Origin: Euryarchaeota archaeon UBA257 | GTDB taxonomy: Archaea > Thermoplasmatota > Poseidoniia > Poseidoniales > Thalassarchaeaceae | Assembly: GCA_002498985.1 (NCBI GenBank) | Contig: DAJO01000030.1 | Location: forward strand, 14,586-78,585 | DNA length: 64,000 bases | Direction of reading: 5' to 3' | In this document: positions 46,501 through 54,372 of the stretch, piece by piece | Numbering within the stretch: the first letter of the stretch is position 1 | Layout: each line of letters begins with the position of its first letter | Position numbers and translations under genes: made by a program | Notes under the pieces: model-generated | The model's database searches: none | The model's input: only the letters and a program-made list of their open reading frames with translations | What the model was told of the DNA's origin: nothing

Positions 46501-47731
46501 CATTGTATCCACTTTTCTGTACCTTACAGACGTAAGCTGCTGTACAGGCTTCGGATAAATCTAAGTTTGAAAAACCAAAAGCTCCCTGTGCGCTATCAAG
46601 TGTTACTGCTGCACTGAAATTGGCATAAATTTGACTCATTGTGGAGCCAATTGATGTAGATCCAGGTTGAGGATTTGCAGCTAAATTTTCAATTCCTGCT
46701 CCTCCAGTAGCAGTGTCTGCTACCAAACTCTGAATTGCATTACCCCCGCCTAATTTATCTGCTAAATACATCAAAAACATGAATCCAGCGCCATAATCTG
46801 CTAGTCTTTGATTCCACCACCTTACGCTCATATTCGAATTTTGAGCCCATTCATTGGCATGTCCAGTCAGAGCAGAAGTTACTCCGAAGCAGAGGTAAGC
46901 GGCCATATCTGCAGCGCCTTCATCAATCCATAAATTCTCAAACGGGTCTCTTGCATTATGTAATAAATGTTGAAACTCATGCGCTATTATCGTATTTCTC
47001 CAACTCATATCATCAACGTCAATGAATATAGATTCTCTTTGCGAAGAAATTCCTGGTGAGAAATAACCTCCTATCCCTCCACCTCCATCAATAGCTAAAA
47101 TCATAATTTCAACCTGGCAATTATTGTCCACATCAGGCATTGATCCAAAGTAAGTTGTATCGGTTGGGAAAATTGTTGATTCAAATGTCGAAGCAATATC
47201 ATTTAGAGTAGTTGCAGATAGTATCTGTCCGTCCTCGACAAATATTGCAGCATTAGATGAAATTTTTTGTACTGTTGCCTCAACATTTCCATTGGCAGAA
47301 GGAACAGTATCAGTATCTCCTTGACTCCATGCATTAGTACAATTACGTGTTGATGATTTAGAGTTCAAATATGCTTGAGAAAATGGAAGCACTAGATTTG
47401 GATAACCATCTTCTATCCACTGCTTTTTTAGGTGACCAGTAGCCGAAAATGCAGGTTTAGATTCATTTACAAACATATATTTTTTCCCCTCAATTGAAGG
47501 GTCGAAATCATCTAAATTCCCATAAGAAATTTCTGATAAATTGCTATCAGAAGTAGGAGTTGCCATAGCAAGTGGGGATAAACTTGCAAGTAACATTACC
47601 ATTACAATAAACAATGGAGTAGTGAGATTGTTTTGCTTATTATTTAGTCCCAATAGTGGCACATCCTGTTTATTACTAGTTAATGCCCGTTTGAGACCTA
47701 TTTTAACATCGATGGAGCATCGTTCGTACAT
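43538..47731 (-). CDS. Giant membrane-anchored extracellular zinc metalloprotease (HEFQH gluzincin-like catalytic domain plus multiple PKD-like repeats)
   Basis: HEFQH at nt 46967-46981, followed 16 residues later by DEG (candidate third ligand). At least four PKD-like repeats (WDLGDNTSS, WNWGDGQ, WDFGDSSP and others). C-terminal TM helix (AGLLALVATVLLLGWLIM) plus a tail of about 65 aa. Signal peptide MVMLLASLSPLAMA. The real start may be M44/M46 (about 47602), because the longest ORF abuts the divergent gene. Confidence 0.8.
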   Translation of the reverse strand: MYERCSIDVKIGLKRALTSNKQDVPLLGLNNKQNNLTTPLFIVMVMLLASLSPLAMATPTSDSNLSEISYGNLDDFDPSIEGKKYMFVNESKPAFSATGHLKKQWIEDGYPNLVLPFSQAYLNSKSSTRNCTNAWSQGDTDTVPSANGNVEATVQKISSNAAIFVEDGQILSATTLNDIASTFESTIFPTDTTYFGSMPDVDNNCQVEIMILAIDGGGGIGGYFSPGISSQRESIFIDVDDMSWRNTIIAHEFQHLLHNARDPFENLWIDEGAADMAAYLCFGVTSALTGHANEWAQNSNMSVRWWNQRLADYGAGFMFLMYLADKLGGGNAIQSLVADTATGGAGIENLAANPQPGSTSIGSTMSQIYANFSAAVTLDSAQGAFGFSNLDLSEACTAAYVCKVQKSGYNDQWVNDWTSNSDSVEGWGMRSYKFSQGSGAPLNLMVSPTQFGFEGIIMSKEASTGTWSMDRLRIDPASGAGTGLVYGFGNISDEVWLITWYESIVDDCDYNYASCGITTGSYPEAAITVQAGLITDPAEVEIASIENFDRDGDNLDDSSRIDLEVTSNAFFEILEVEVNAYLNNTIQDTLIFDLTAGNSVATEKSIWFTPPETGDWTYGVKITDFTGVTVDQAFALPVNVANMEPVASGSLTTNVTQTWLPVAMFGSGYDEWGFSQVNGSFSHNETPIAYYWDLGDNTSSGLKNPVHSYLESGIYTIVLTIKDKGGYFSEPQSWTISVSDTSVPIPVITVDGIVQDSELTLMTNQRVQFSAQSSQDNVPIDEMTFTWNWGDGQIEQGKGLAELGHAWVDGSSDGIMYTLTLTIDDGNQFVDYSIYIRVLNRVPEQIFDDTLQTFTLTPIEMPIIFEDQDGFIVEYRWTFEEGVNIEGSGMTLTSDFSVTESLERNPVIGWKEPGMKNISLEVTDDDGNTSTTTIQVLVVNQRPVAVFARPVDGFVDTEYIFESLSFDPDGNSSTLEIIWNISAFDEDLYNVSTVYHTFTSPGLYSISLTVIDERGMESATKSYTIRIDNPLPVPEIKFRQPSINGSNLDYIPADYSQISWQIPFTENGGGFIAPNMPLLFDGSESYDSDPIFEGMISTNQEDPEWNGITRWIWDFGDSSPVKEGFEVWHQYQIPGTYIVKLTVVDGFEAGETNTTSIMIYVSRTPEIVTNDPTGLEYVIVGEIVNLYAEVIDRDLEDGIEAWLDTDINEDSNGDGDFENDKDRYLSSEPEIKWDLNIAIDGIDNDGNTMNDFVWGEQVWMLPEYQPLVIILETCDGVNVCSSKQFEITVLSIEEDDGPLSISDLTWKDFVPDAGSAGLLALVATVLLLGWLIMRQKDEEEMDAKNSTETYDVQEVKAEGGLPGMDQHNPPPQPKYLTVEERRNKESGYIRPIRTRRK

Positions 47732-48764
47732 GGCAGAGCAGAGGGGAGGTCACAAATCTGTTTGGTTAATATTTTTCATACTACTATTTTCCTTATTTTC
47801 AGCCTCTGCCTCATCTAATTCATCCTTAGAAAATATTTCAAATAATGTAGAAAAAGTCTTTCCCGAAGTAATTGAAATTCTTCCTCATGATTCTTCAGCA
47901 TTTACGCAAGGACTTGTTTTTTTAGATGGCAAATTGTATGAGAGTACTGGGTTGTACGGAGAATCAAGTATTAGAATTGTTAATATCACGACAGGAGAAA
48001 TTGAATCGATTACTAATTTATCAGAAACATATTTTGCAGAGGGTATTTCGATATCAAATGATAGTATAATCCAGTTAACATGGAGAGAGAATATTGGATT
48101 TATTTACAATATTTCAACATTAGAAAATATTGGAAATTTTTCTATTGATGGTGAAGGATGGGGAATTTGCAGTACTCCAAGTGGAGACATATGGCTTTCA
48201 GACGGTTCTTATCAATTATCAAAGATTAATCCAAATAATCTTTCATCAATTATAGGCTCCCTAACTGTATATTATAATAATTCTCCAATTAACAGATTAA
48301 ATGAACTTGAATGCCCTTTTGATTCTGGCTTAATTTTCTCAAATATCTGGCTCGAAGATAAAATATTAGCAATCAATCCTTCAACTGGAAATGTGTGTGC
48401 TGAATATGATTTTTCAGAGGTCCGTAAACAATATGAAAATAATAATTCACGAGAGTTGAATGGTATTGCCTATGATAATGAATCATCACTTTTTTGGATT
48501 ACTGGAAAAAATTGGTCGAACTATTACCTAGTTGATTTAGAAATAGATTCTAATTTTTGCCAATTATCCGAATCAGAAATTTGTTGTGATGAAGATAGTT
48601 TTTCTCCATTTAAAGTTCTATTTTTTATTGTAGTTGGAATATTTTTAATCCCCTTTTCTTGGCCTATTTTTGGAATGATATTCTACAAAATATTTAGGCG
48701 ACAAACTCAACATCCCCCCCCTCCTCGCATAATTAAAGATACATCAGAGGGGCTACAGGGATGA
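47730..48764 (+). CDS. Glutaminyl-peptide cyclotransferase (beta-propeller, plant/bacterial type) with signal peptide and C-terminal membrane anchor
   Basis: ILPHDSSAFTQGLVFLDGKLYESTGLYGESSIRIV matches the HD..AFTQGL....G.LYESTG.YG.S.LR signature of PF05096-type glutaminyl cyclases (from memory). N-terminal signal peptide WLIFFILLFSLFSASA. TM helix near the C-terminus. Start trimmed from 47541 to ATG 47730 (47712 is also possible). Confidence 0.8.
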   Translation: MAEQRGGHKSVWLIFFILLFSLFSASASSNSSLENISNNVEKVFPEVIEILPHDSSAFTQGLVFLDGKLYESTGLYGESSIRIVNITTGEIESITNLSETYFAEGISISNDSIIQLTWRENIGFIYNISTLENIGNFSIDGEGWGICSTPSGDIWLSDGSYQLSKINPNNLSSIIGSLTVYYNNSPINRLNELECPFDSGLIFSNIWLEDKILAINPSTGNVCAEYDFSEVRKQYENNNSRELNGIAYDNESSLFWITGKNWSNYYLVDLEIDSNFCQLSESEICCDEDSFSPFKVLFFIVVGIFLIPFSWPIFGMIFYKIFRRQTQHPPPPRIIKDTSEGLQG

Positions 48765-49504
48765 GTGATGAAGATAGTGATTCAGGATTTGAATTATGGT
48801 TACACGATCTTTCTATTGACCCTGCCACTAGAGTAGCCGGAGCAATTTTGATTATTCTTGGAAGTGCCTTAGGTGCGATGCTTGGTGTTTTACTTATGGC
48901 CGCGGATCCAGCTGATATCATGAGTCAGATTGGCGAAGACCAGTCTTCGGATTCGGTTAATGGAATAGTAATTTCATCTCTAGAAGATAATAATACTGGT
49001 GGAGACCCAATTGAAGGAGTTTTGGTTGAATTGTTGAATGAAGATAGAACCTCAATTGGGAGTGATATAACTGATTCAGGAGGCCGTTTTTCAATTGTAG
49101 ATGTCCCTAGACAGTCATCTATCTTATATGTTCAACATTCTGGGAATTATACTGTAGAAATTTTACTAGTACCGGGGGATCATTCACAAATTGTAGTTAC
49201 TCTAGAACCAGGTGATGGATTCATTGGCCCTATTGACATGAGAGGAGATAGTAACCTTGCAGACTCTGTTTTCGTAGGATTCTTTATTGCAGCAATTACC
49301 TTACTTACTGGTTTAGCAGGGATTGTTGGTGGATTGGAAGCATATAACGGGAATAAATATAATAGGTCCTGGTGGTTAACTTTCTTTGGTTTGTTTAGTA
49401 GAGGAATGATTTTCATAGGGCCTTTACTTATTCTAATTGGACTCGGATTAATGTACCTGACTAGAGATCAGTTTACTGATTATATTTCTTCAGAGGGACA
49501 ATGA
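48761..49504 (+). CDS. Four-TM membrane protein with an extracytoplasmic carboxypeptidase-regulatory-like (Ig-like) domain
   Basis: 247 aa. TM1 (AGAILIILGSALGAMLGVLLMAA), then VNGIVISS...GVLVELLNEDRTSIGSDITDSGGRFSIVDVP...YTVEI, a CarboxypepD_reg-like pattern, then three more TM helices. The start overlaps the cyclase stop (ATGA). Confidence 0.6.
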   Translation: MSDEDSDSGFELWLHDLSIDPATRVAGAILIILGSALGAMLGVLLMAADPADIMSQIGEDQSSDSVNGIVISSLEDNNTGGDPIEGVLVELLNEDRTSIGSDITDSGGRFSIVDVPRQSSILYVQHSGNYTVEILLVPGDHSQIVVTLEPGDGFIGPIDMRGDSNLADSVFVGFFIAAITLLTGLAGIVGGLEAYNGNKYNRSWWLTFFGLFSRGMIFIGPLLILIGLGLMYLTRDQFTDYISSEGQ

Positions 49505-49509
49505 TTTAG

Positions 49510-50853
49510 ATGTATCTAATTAGCGTTGAAGGGGGAGATGGTAGTGGAAAAGGTCTTGCGACTAAAGTGATAGCTGAAGTTCTTGAAAAAGAGTTTACAT
49601 TTACTTCTGTTGAAGTCACAGGAGAACCTAGAAGAGATCATCCATTAGGGCGTCTTGCTATTAATTCAGTGCGTACAAAAACAATGACTCCTGAGGGTGA
49701 AGCAGGTTTATTTGCTGCAGATAGGGTAGATCACTCTCATGGTTGGATTTTACCTAGATTGGAGGAAGGAAGAGTAGTAGTTAGTGAAAGAAATGTTCAT
49801 TCTTCACTAGTTTATCAAGGAATTGTAGGTGGTTTAGGATTAGAAAAGGTATCTCATATGAATTCTGCGGCTTTAGTCCCTGACCTATGTGTTTGGGTAG
49901 ATTGTAATCCTGATTTAGCACTTAATAGAATTAGGACAGGGACTCTTCGTGCTCACTCAGAAAAAGAAGAATATTTTGAGACTAGTTCTTTGCAGAAGGA
50001 AATTAGGTCAGGATACCATAGTTTACTTTCCGGGGAATTAGAAATGCCTATTCCATTTGACATGGGAGCAATCATAGGACCTGTATTAAATGAAGAGAGT
50101 GAAGAAGAATTCAGAAATAAGTTGAGAATGAGGGTTAGGAGATTCCTGAACTCTCACCCTAATCCAATAAATGTTAAAGTAGAAATTGTAGAGCAAAATC
50201 TAATACGGAAATTACTGATTAAAAGCAAAGGTCAGACTACTCTTGTTGGACTTGGCGTTGAACCGAATAATACTCGTGATGATTGGCTTAATGGTAAGAA
50301 ACCATGGCAAGTTCTGAAAAATGCTCAAAAACAACATGATGATGTTTTATCTAATCATGAGGGGTGTGTTTCCCCCTATGTGCCAAAGAGTGTCCTTTCT
50401 CATTCAATATCCTCTATAGTTGGGACATTATCAATAATGGCGAATGCAGATGTTGGAGAGCTACGTCATGCTCAGGGACCTATAAGAGCAGTTTCTGAAA
50501 GTCATTGCCATAAAATAATTAGATATCTAAATGATGATTTAGATTGGTTACACCAACATCGCTCGTTAATTGGAAGAGATACGGCTAGAAACCAGATTAA
50601 AGAACAAGTCTTGCCATTTGGATATCTTTCGCTCGCAATTTGGCCTCTAAGGAAAGAAATTAAATCATGGATAGGAAAAAATCCAAGTACTCATATTCGT
50701 TTTTGTATTGGTCAAATTATTAATTCAGGAAGATATTCTGTAGCAGTTAATAGTTGTATTCAGAGAATAAAAATATTAGGTCCTGGTAATTCTTCTATCA
50801 AACCCCCTTTTGATGAAAAGGATTTGATAAAATGGTGGCAAGGGAAAAATTAG
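49510..50853 (+). CDS. tmk: Thymidylate kinase fused to a C-terminal domain of about 235 aa with unknown function
   Basis: N-terminus ISVEGGDGSGKG (P-loop), FAADRVDH (DR motif) and a LID-like NRIRTGTLRAHSEKEEYFE. Residues from about 212 to 447 match nothing I recognise. Confidence 0.8.
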   Translation: MYLISVEGGDGSGKGLATKVIAEVLEKEFTFTSVEVTGEPRRDHPLGRLAINSVRTKTMTPEGEAGLFAADRVDHSHGWILPRLEEGRVVVSERNVHSSLVYQGIVGGLGLEKVSHMNSAALVPDLCVWVDCNPDLALNRIRTGTLRAHSEKEEYFETSSLQKEIRSGYHSLLSGELEMPIPFDMGAIIGPVLNEESEEEFRNKLRMRVRRFLNSHPNPINVKVEIVEQNLIRKLLIKSKGQTTLVGLGVEPNNTRDDWLNGKKPWQVLKNAQKQHDDVLSNHEGCVSPYVPKSVLSHSISSIVGTLSIMANADVGELRHAQGPIRAVSESHCHKIIRYLNDDLDWLHQHRSLIGRDTARNQIKEQVLPFGYLSLAIWPLRKEIKSWIGKNPSTHIRFCIGQIINSGRYSVAVNSCIQRIKILGPGNSSIKPPFDEKDLIKWWQGKN

Positions 50854-51599
50854 TCTTTGAATATCAACCTAGCATTTGCAGGAAGTTTAACTTGACTTGA
50901 ATCTGTAAAATCTTCTGTTTTTGAACTAATTGCAGCACAGAACCACCATGATAGTACAAATCCTGCTATGGTGCCTGTAATCAATCTGATAGGATTAGTT
51001 GACTCATAATCTGTTAATAGTTGATAAAAACCATCAAAACCTATTGGTAATGCTCCTATTGAAAGAAACAATATCATAGCAAGCATTCTTCTATCTTCAA
51101 CATAAAATGATTTTATATTTTCATCTCTGAACACAGATAGAAAAGAGTCTCTAACAGTCCATCTATTCAAACCTTTAGATCTCCAAAACAATGCTCCCAT
51201 AAATAAACCTAGAAATAATCCCACATCTCTGACACAAACTGCTAATTGATTACCATTTATTTCCCAAGATCTCTCACTTTTTTGATGGCAATTTAGGTCT
51301 CCAAAAGAGTATACAAATGCTGCCACTGGATTTAGTTCAGTCCAACTAAAGTAACCGAATACTTCTTGGTCATGTCCAATATCTTCATTCAGACCATTAT
51401 TTTGATTTCCCCAAGACCCCCATCCGTCTTCAGTAGCATAGTCTATTCGATTTGCTCTACCGGAAAGTTCAGGTACCGAGTTCGTAACTAAGAAAACTGG
51501 AATTATGAATAAAAGAATCAAGTATACTCCTGTAATTGATGCAATAAGTCTCCCGACTCTTTCTTCCCTAGTCCTTTCCTCCCGTCCATTGGGTAGCAT
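50850..51599 (-). CDS. Membrane protein, DUF2085-like
   Basis: 249 aa, several TM helices. The NCHQKSERSW block resembles the CHQ..RSF signature of DUF2085 (from memory). Confidence 0.55.
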   Translation of the reverse strand: MLPNGREERTREERVGRLIASITGVYLILLFIIPVFLVTNSVPELSGRANRIDYATEDGWGSWGNQNNGLNEDIGHDQEVFGYFSWTELNPVAAFVYSFGDLNCHQKSERSWEINGNQLAVCVRDVGLFLGLFMGALFWRSKGLNRWTVRDSFLSVFRDENIKSFYVEDRRMLAMILFLSIGALPIGFDGFYQLLTDYESTNPIRLITGTIAGFVLSWWFCAAISSKTEDFTDSSQVKLPANARLIFKD

Positions 51600-51651
51600 C
51601 TACAATGATACAGTTCATTTGTGGATATAAATCATTTGAAATTTTAATTCA

Positions 51652-51789
51652 TCAATAACTCGGAACTCCCTCACAGCATGCTTCAACAACTCTTCTACAA
51701 TTAGGGCATTCCATATGCTGTCTAACTGGTATTGCCGCTCCTGAGAAACCACAAATACAAGTTATTTCTTTACAATGGTCATAGTCCAC
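51652..51789 (-). CDS. Putative 45-aa Cys-rich (zinc-ribbon-like) small protein, not in the ORF track
   Basis: Hand translation of the minus strand gives (GTG)M-DYDHCKEITCICGFSGAAIPVRQHMECPNCRRVVEACCEGVPSY*. It has 7 Cys including a CPNC pair. It lies 34 nt downstream of the sufD stop on the same strand. There is no convincing SD and the start is GTG, so confidence is low. Confidence 0.3.
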   Translation of the reverse strand: MDYDHCKEITCICGFSGAAIPVRQHMECPNCRRVVEACCEGVPSY

Positions 51790-51823
51790 AAGAGGTCTAC
51801 GGTAAATAGGTTCTAATTTCTTT

Positions 51824-52930
51824 CTATGTTGTTAGAGACTTTAATTCATCTTGCAAGTTCTCTGCTAACCACTGATGTAATGTTTCGCTCCCCATTTCCG
51901 AGAGAGTAGTATTTAGAAAAGCCGCAATCAATGCATCTTTTGCATCATCCGGACTAAACCCTCTAGCTTCCAGATAGAATAGTTGTTCTTCATCAACAGG
52001 CCCGTTAGCAGTTCCATGCCCACAACCAACAACATCATGCTCACTAACTTCTAGTTCAGGAATACTATCTGCTTCTGCTTTCTTTGAAAGTAATAGGTTA
52101 TGGAATAACTGACCTGCATCAGCACCTTTAGAGCCATCTGATACTCTTAACATACCAGTCCCTATTGTCTTACTATTCCCACCGCAGGCAGAATGCCAAT
52201 CTAGTCTACTATAAGTCTCTGGTGCATCATGGTAAATCTCGATATGGTGGTCAATATGCATCTTTTCTGCTGATAAGATTGATCCAAGAACTCTAAGGTT
52301 ACTGCCACTTTTATCCATCATATATCTTAAATCAGCCTTAGTTTTTTCCGAACCAGAACTGATATTTCCTGCTTTAACTTGAGAATCCTTGCCAATATTA
52401 ATTGCATCAACTCTTAGTAAAGTCCCACTTTTCATTTGACCAACAACGACATCATTTACTATCGTTCCTTCACCAATGTTACCTTGACGCAAAAGCCCAA
52501 ACCACTCTGGTTTCCCTTCTACTAATGTGATTAATTCCAATTCACAATGTCTTCCGATTTCAATTGATAAATTTATAGCAGAGTTTAATGATTCAGAATC
52601 TATTCTCAATAAAATTGGCTTTTCTAGAATTGTATTATTCTCCACTTTGAAAGTAAATTTTGAATCATGGGAAACCGACTCAATGAAACTCATTGAAACC
52701 GGATCGCTGAAACTATTTTTCTTGTTTTTACTTTCTTCTTTGGTTATGCTACATGCACTTGGTAAATCACTTCCATCAAGATAAGATAATTTTATTTTTG
52801 GTTGTTTATACTGTTTAGGTATTTCTCTAATATTCCCAGTAGGGTGAATTCTCTTCCAAGGAGAATATCTCCACAGATGATCTGCATTATCAGGCTCATC
52901 TAGAGAGAGGTATAATTCTTCAGATTTCAT
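51824..52930 (-). CDS. sufD: Fe-S cluster assembly protein SufD
   Basis: 368 aa. C-terminal beta-helix region with EVSEHDVVGCGHGTANGPVDEEQLFYLEARGFSPDDAKDALIAAF typical of SufB/D. Follows sufB. Confidence 0.85.
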   Translation of the reverse strand: MKSEELYLSLDEPDNADHLWRYSPWKRIHPTGNIREIPKQYKQPKIKLSYLDGSDLPSACSITKEESKNKKNSFSDPVSMSFIESVSHDSKFTFKVENNTILEKPILLRIDSESLNSAINLSIEIGRHCELELITLVEGKPEWFGLLRQGNIGEGTIVNDVVVGQMKSGTLLRVDAINIGKDSQVKAGNISSGSEKTKADLRYMMDKSGSNLRVLGSILSAEKMHIDHHIEIYHDAPETYSRLDWHSACGGNSKTIGTGMLRVSDGSKGADAGQLFHNLLLSKKAEADSIPELEVSEHDVVGCGHGTANGPVDEEQLFYLEARGFSPDDAKDALIAAFLNTTLSEMGSETLHQWLAENLQDELKSLTT

Positions 52931-52948
52931 TTGGATAGAACACCTCGA

Positions 52949-54358
52949 TTAACCAATACTTCCTTCCATTTCCAATGCCATCAACTTATTCAGTTCAACA
53001 GCATATTCCATTGGAAGTTCTCGGGTAAAAGGTTCAAAGAATCCATTCACTATCAGTGCTAGTGCTTCTTCTTCTGAATGTCCTCTACTCATTAAATAAA
53101 ATAATTGATTATCACTAACTTTTGAAACACTGGCTTCATGTTCGCAACGCGCTGTAGGATTTGCTACTTCCATTGTTGGGTACGTGTCACTCCTGCTATT
53201 TTCATCTAGAATTAGAGCATCACAGACCACGTTTAATTTACAATTATCTGCTTTAGGCGATACAGTTACTTGCCCTCTGTATGAACCTCTTCCTCCATCC
53301 TTACTTATTGATTTAGATAATATTTTACTTGTTGTATTACTTGCCAAGTGATGTATCTTTGCACCAGCATCTTGATGTTGTCCTGCACCTGAATAAGCTA
53401 CTGAAATAACCTCTGCATGGGATCCTTCTCCTTTGAGAATTACTGATGGATACTTCATAGTAAGTTTACTACCTATATTTCCATCTACCCATTCAATTTT
53501 TGCTTTCTCATGAGCGATACCTCTTTTCGTAACAAGGTTGTACACGTTAGCACTCCAATTCTGAACAGTACTGTACCTGATGTGTGCTCCGGGTAATGCT
53601 ATTAGTTCTACTACTGCAGAATGCAGTGAATCTGTTGAGTAAGTTGGTGCAGTACATCCTTCAACATAGTGGATACTACTACCTTCGTCTGCAATGATTA
53701 GTGTTCTTTCAAATTGACCCATATTCTTTGCATTAATTCTAAAATATGCTTGAACGGGTAATTCTACATGGACTCCCTTTGGCACATAAATAAATGACCC
53801 ACCTGACCAAACTGCAGTGTTTAGTGCACTAAATTTATTGTCAGAATAAGGAACTACGCTACCAAACCATTCTTTTACTAATTCTTCATGTTCTCTTAAG
53901 CCGCTATCCATATCCAAGAATATCACTCCTTGTTTTTCTAAATCTTCTCTGATTGAGTGATAAACTGCCTCAGATTCATATTGAGCGGTGACACCACTGA
54001 GCCATTTTTGCTCAGCATCTGGTATACCTAATTTATCGAATGTATTCCTAATATCTTCCGGGACGTCATCCCAGTCATTTTCTGTAGCCTTTGATGACCT
54101 TAGGTAATAGCAAATGGAATCGAAGTCAATTTGCTTGAGCATAGACATATTCCCCCAAGTTGGCATCGGCCTTTCATCAAAGTGTTTGAAAGCCTTCACC
54201 CTCATTTCAGTCATCCATTCAGGTTCATTTTTTAGTTCAGAAATATCTCTGACAACCTTTTCCGATAGACCTGCATCAAATCGAATTGTTGAGTTCTCTG
54301 GATCATGCCATCCTGCATTGTAGTCTCCAACTGCTTCCCTTGCATCATTATCTAACAT
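52949..54358 (-). CDS. sufB: Fe-S cluster assembly protein SufB
   Basis: 469 aa. [51 protein letters not shown]. Confidence 0.95.
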   Translation of the reverse strand: MLDNDAREAVGDYNAGWHDPENSTIRFDAGLSEKVVRDISELKNEPEWMTEMRVKAFKHFDERPMPTWGNMSMLKQIDFDSICYYLRSSKATENDWDDVPEDIRNTFDKLGIPDAEQKWLSGVTAQYESEAVYHSIREDLEKQGVIFLDMDSGLREHEELVKEWFGSVVPYSDNKFSALNTAVWSGGSFIYVPKGVHVELPVQAYFRINAKNMGQFERTLIIADEGSSIHYVEGCTAPTYSTDSLHSAVVELIALPGAHIRYSTVQNWSANVYNLVTKRGIAHEKAKIEWVDGNIGSKLTMKYPSVILKGEGSHAEVISVAYSGAGQHQDAGAKIHHLASNTTSKILSKSISKDGGRGSYRGQVTVSPKADNCKLNVVCDALILDENSRSDTYPTMEVANPTARCEHEASVSKVSDNQLFYLMSRGHSEEEALALIVNGFFEPFTRELPMEYAVELNKLMALEMEGSIG

Positions 54359-54372
54359 ATTTATAACTCCAT

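Noticed and set aside
47541-47729. 63-aa N-terminal extension of the glutaminyl cyclase ORF.
   Set aside because: It overlaps the 5' coding region of the divergent metalloprotease gene. The signal peptide begins only after the Met codons at 47712 and 47730. The extension is most likely a non-coding open frame.
48714-48721. C8 homopolymer (encoding the PPPP tract) as a slipped-strand phase-variation switch.
   Set aside because: It lies about 13 codons before the stop of the cyclase gene, so a frameshift would change only the extreme cytoplasmic tail. The run is more simply explained by proline codons of the polyproline motif.
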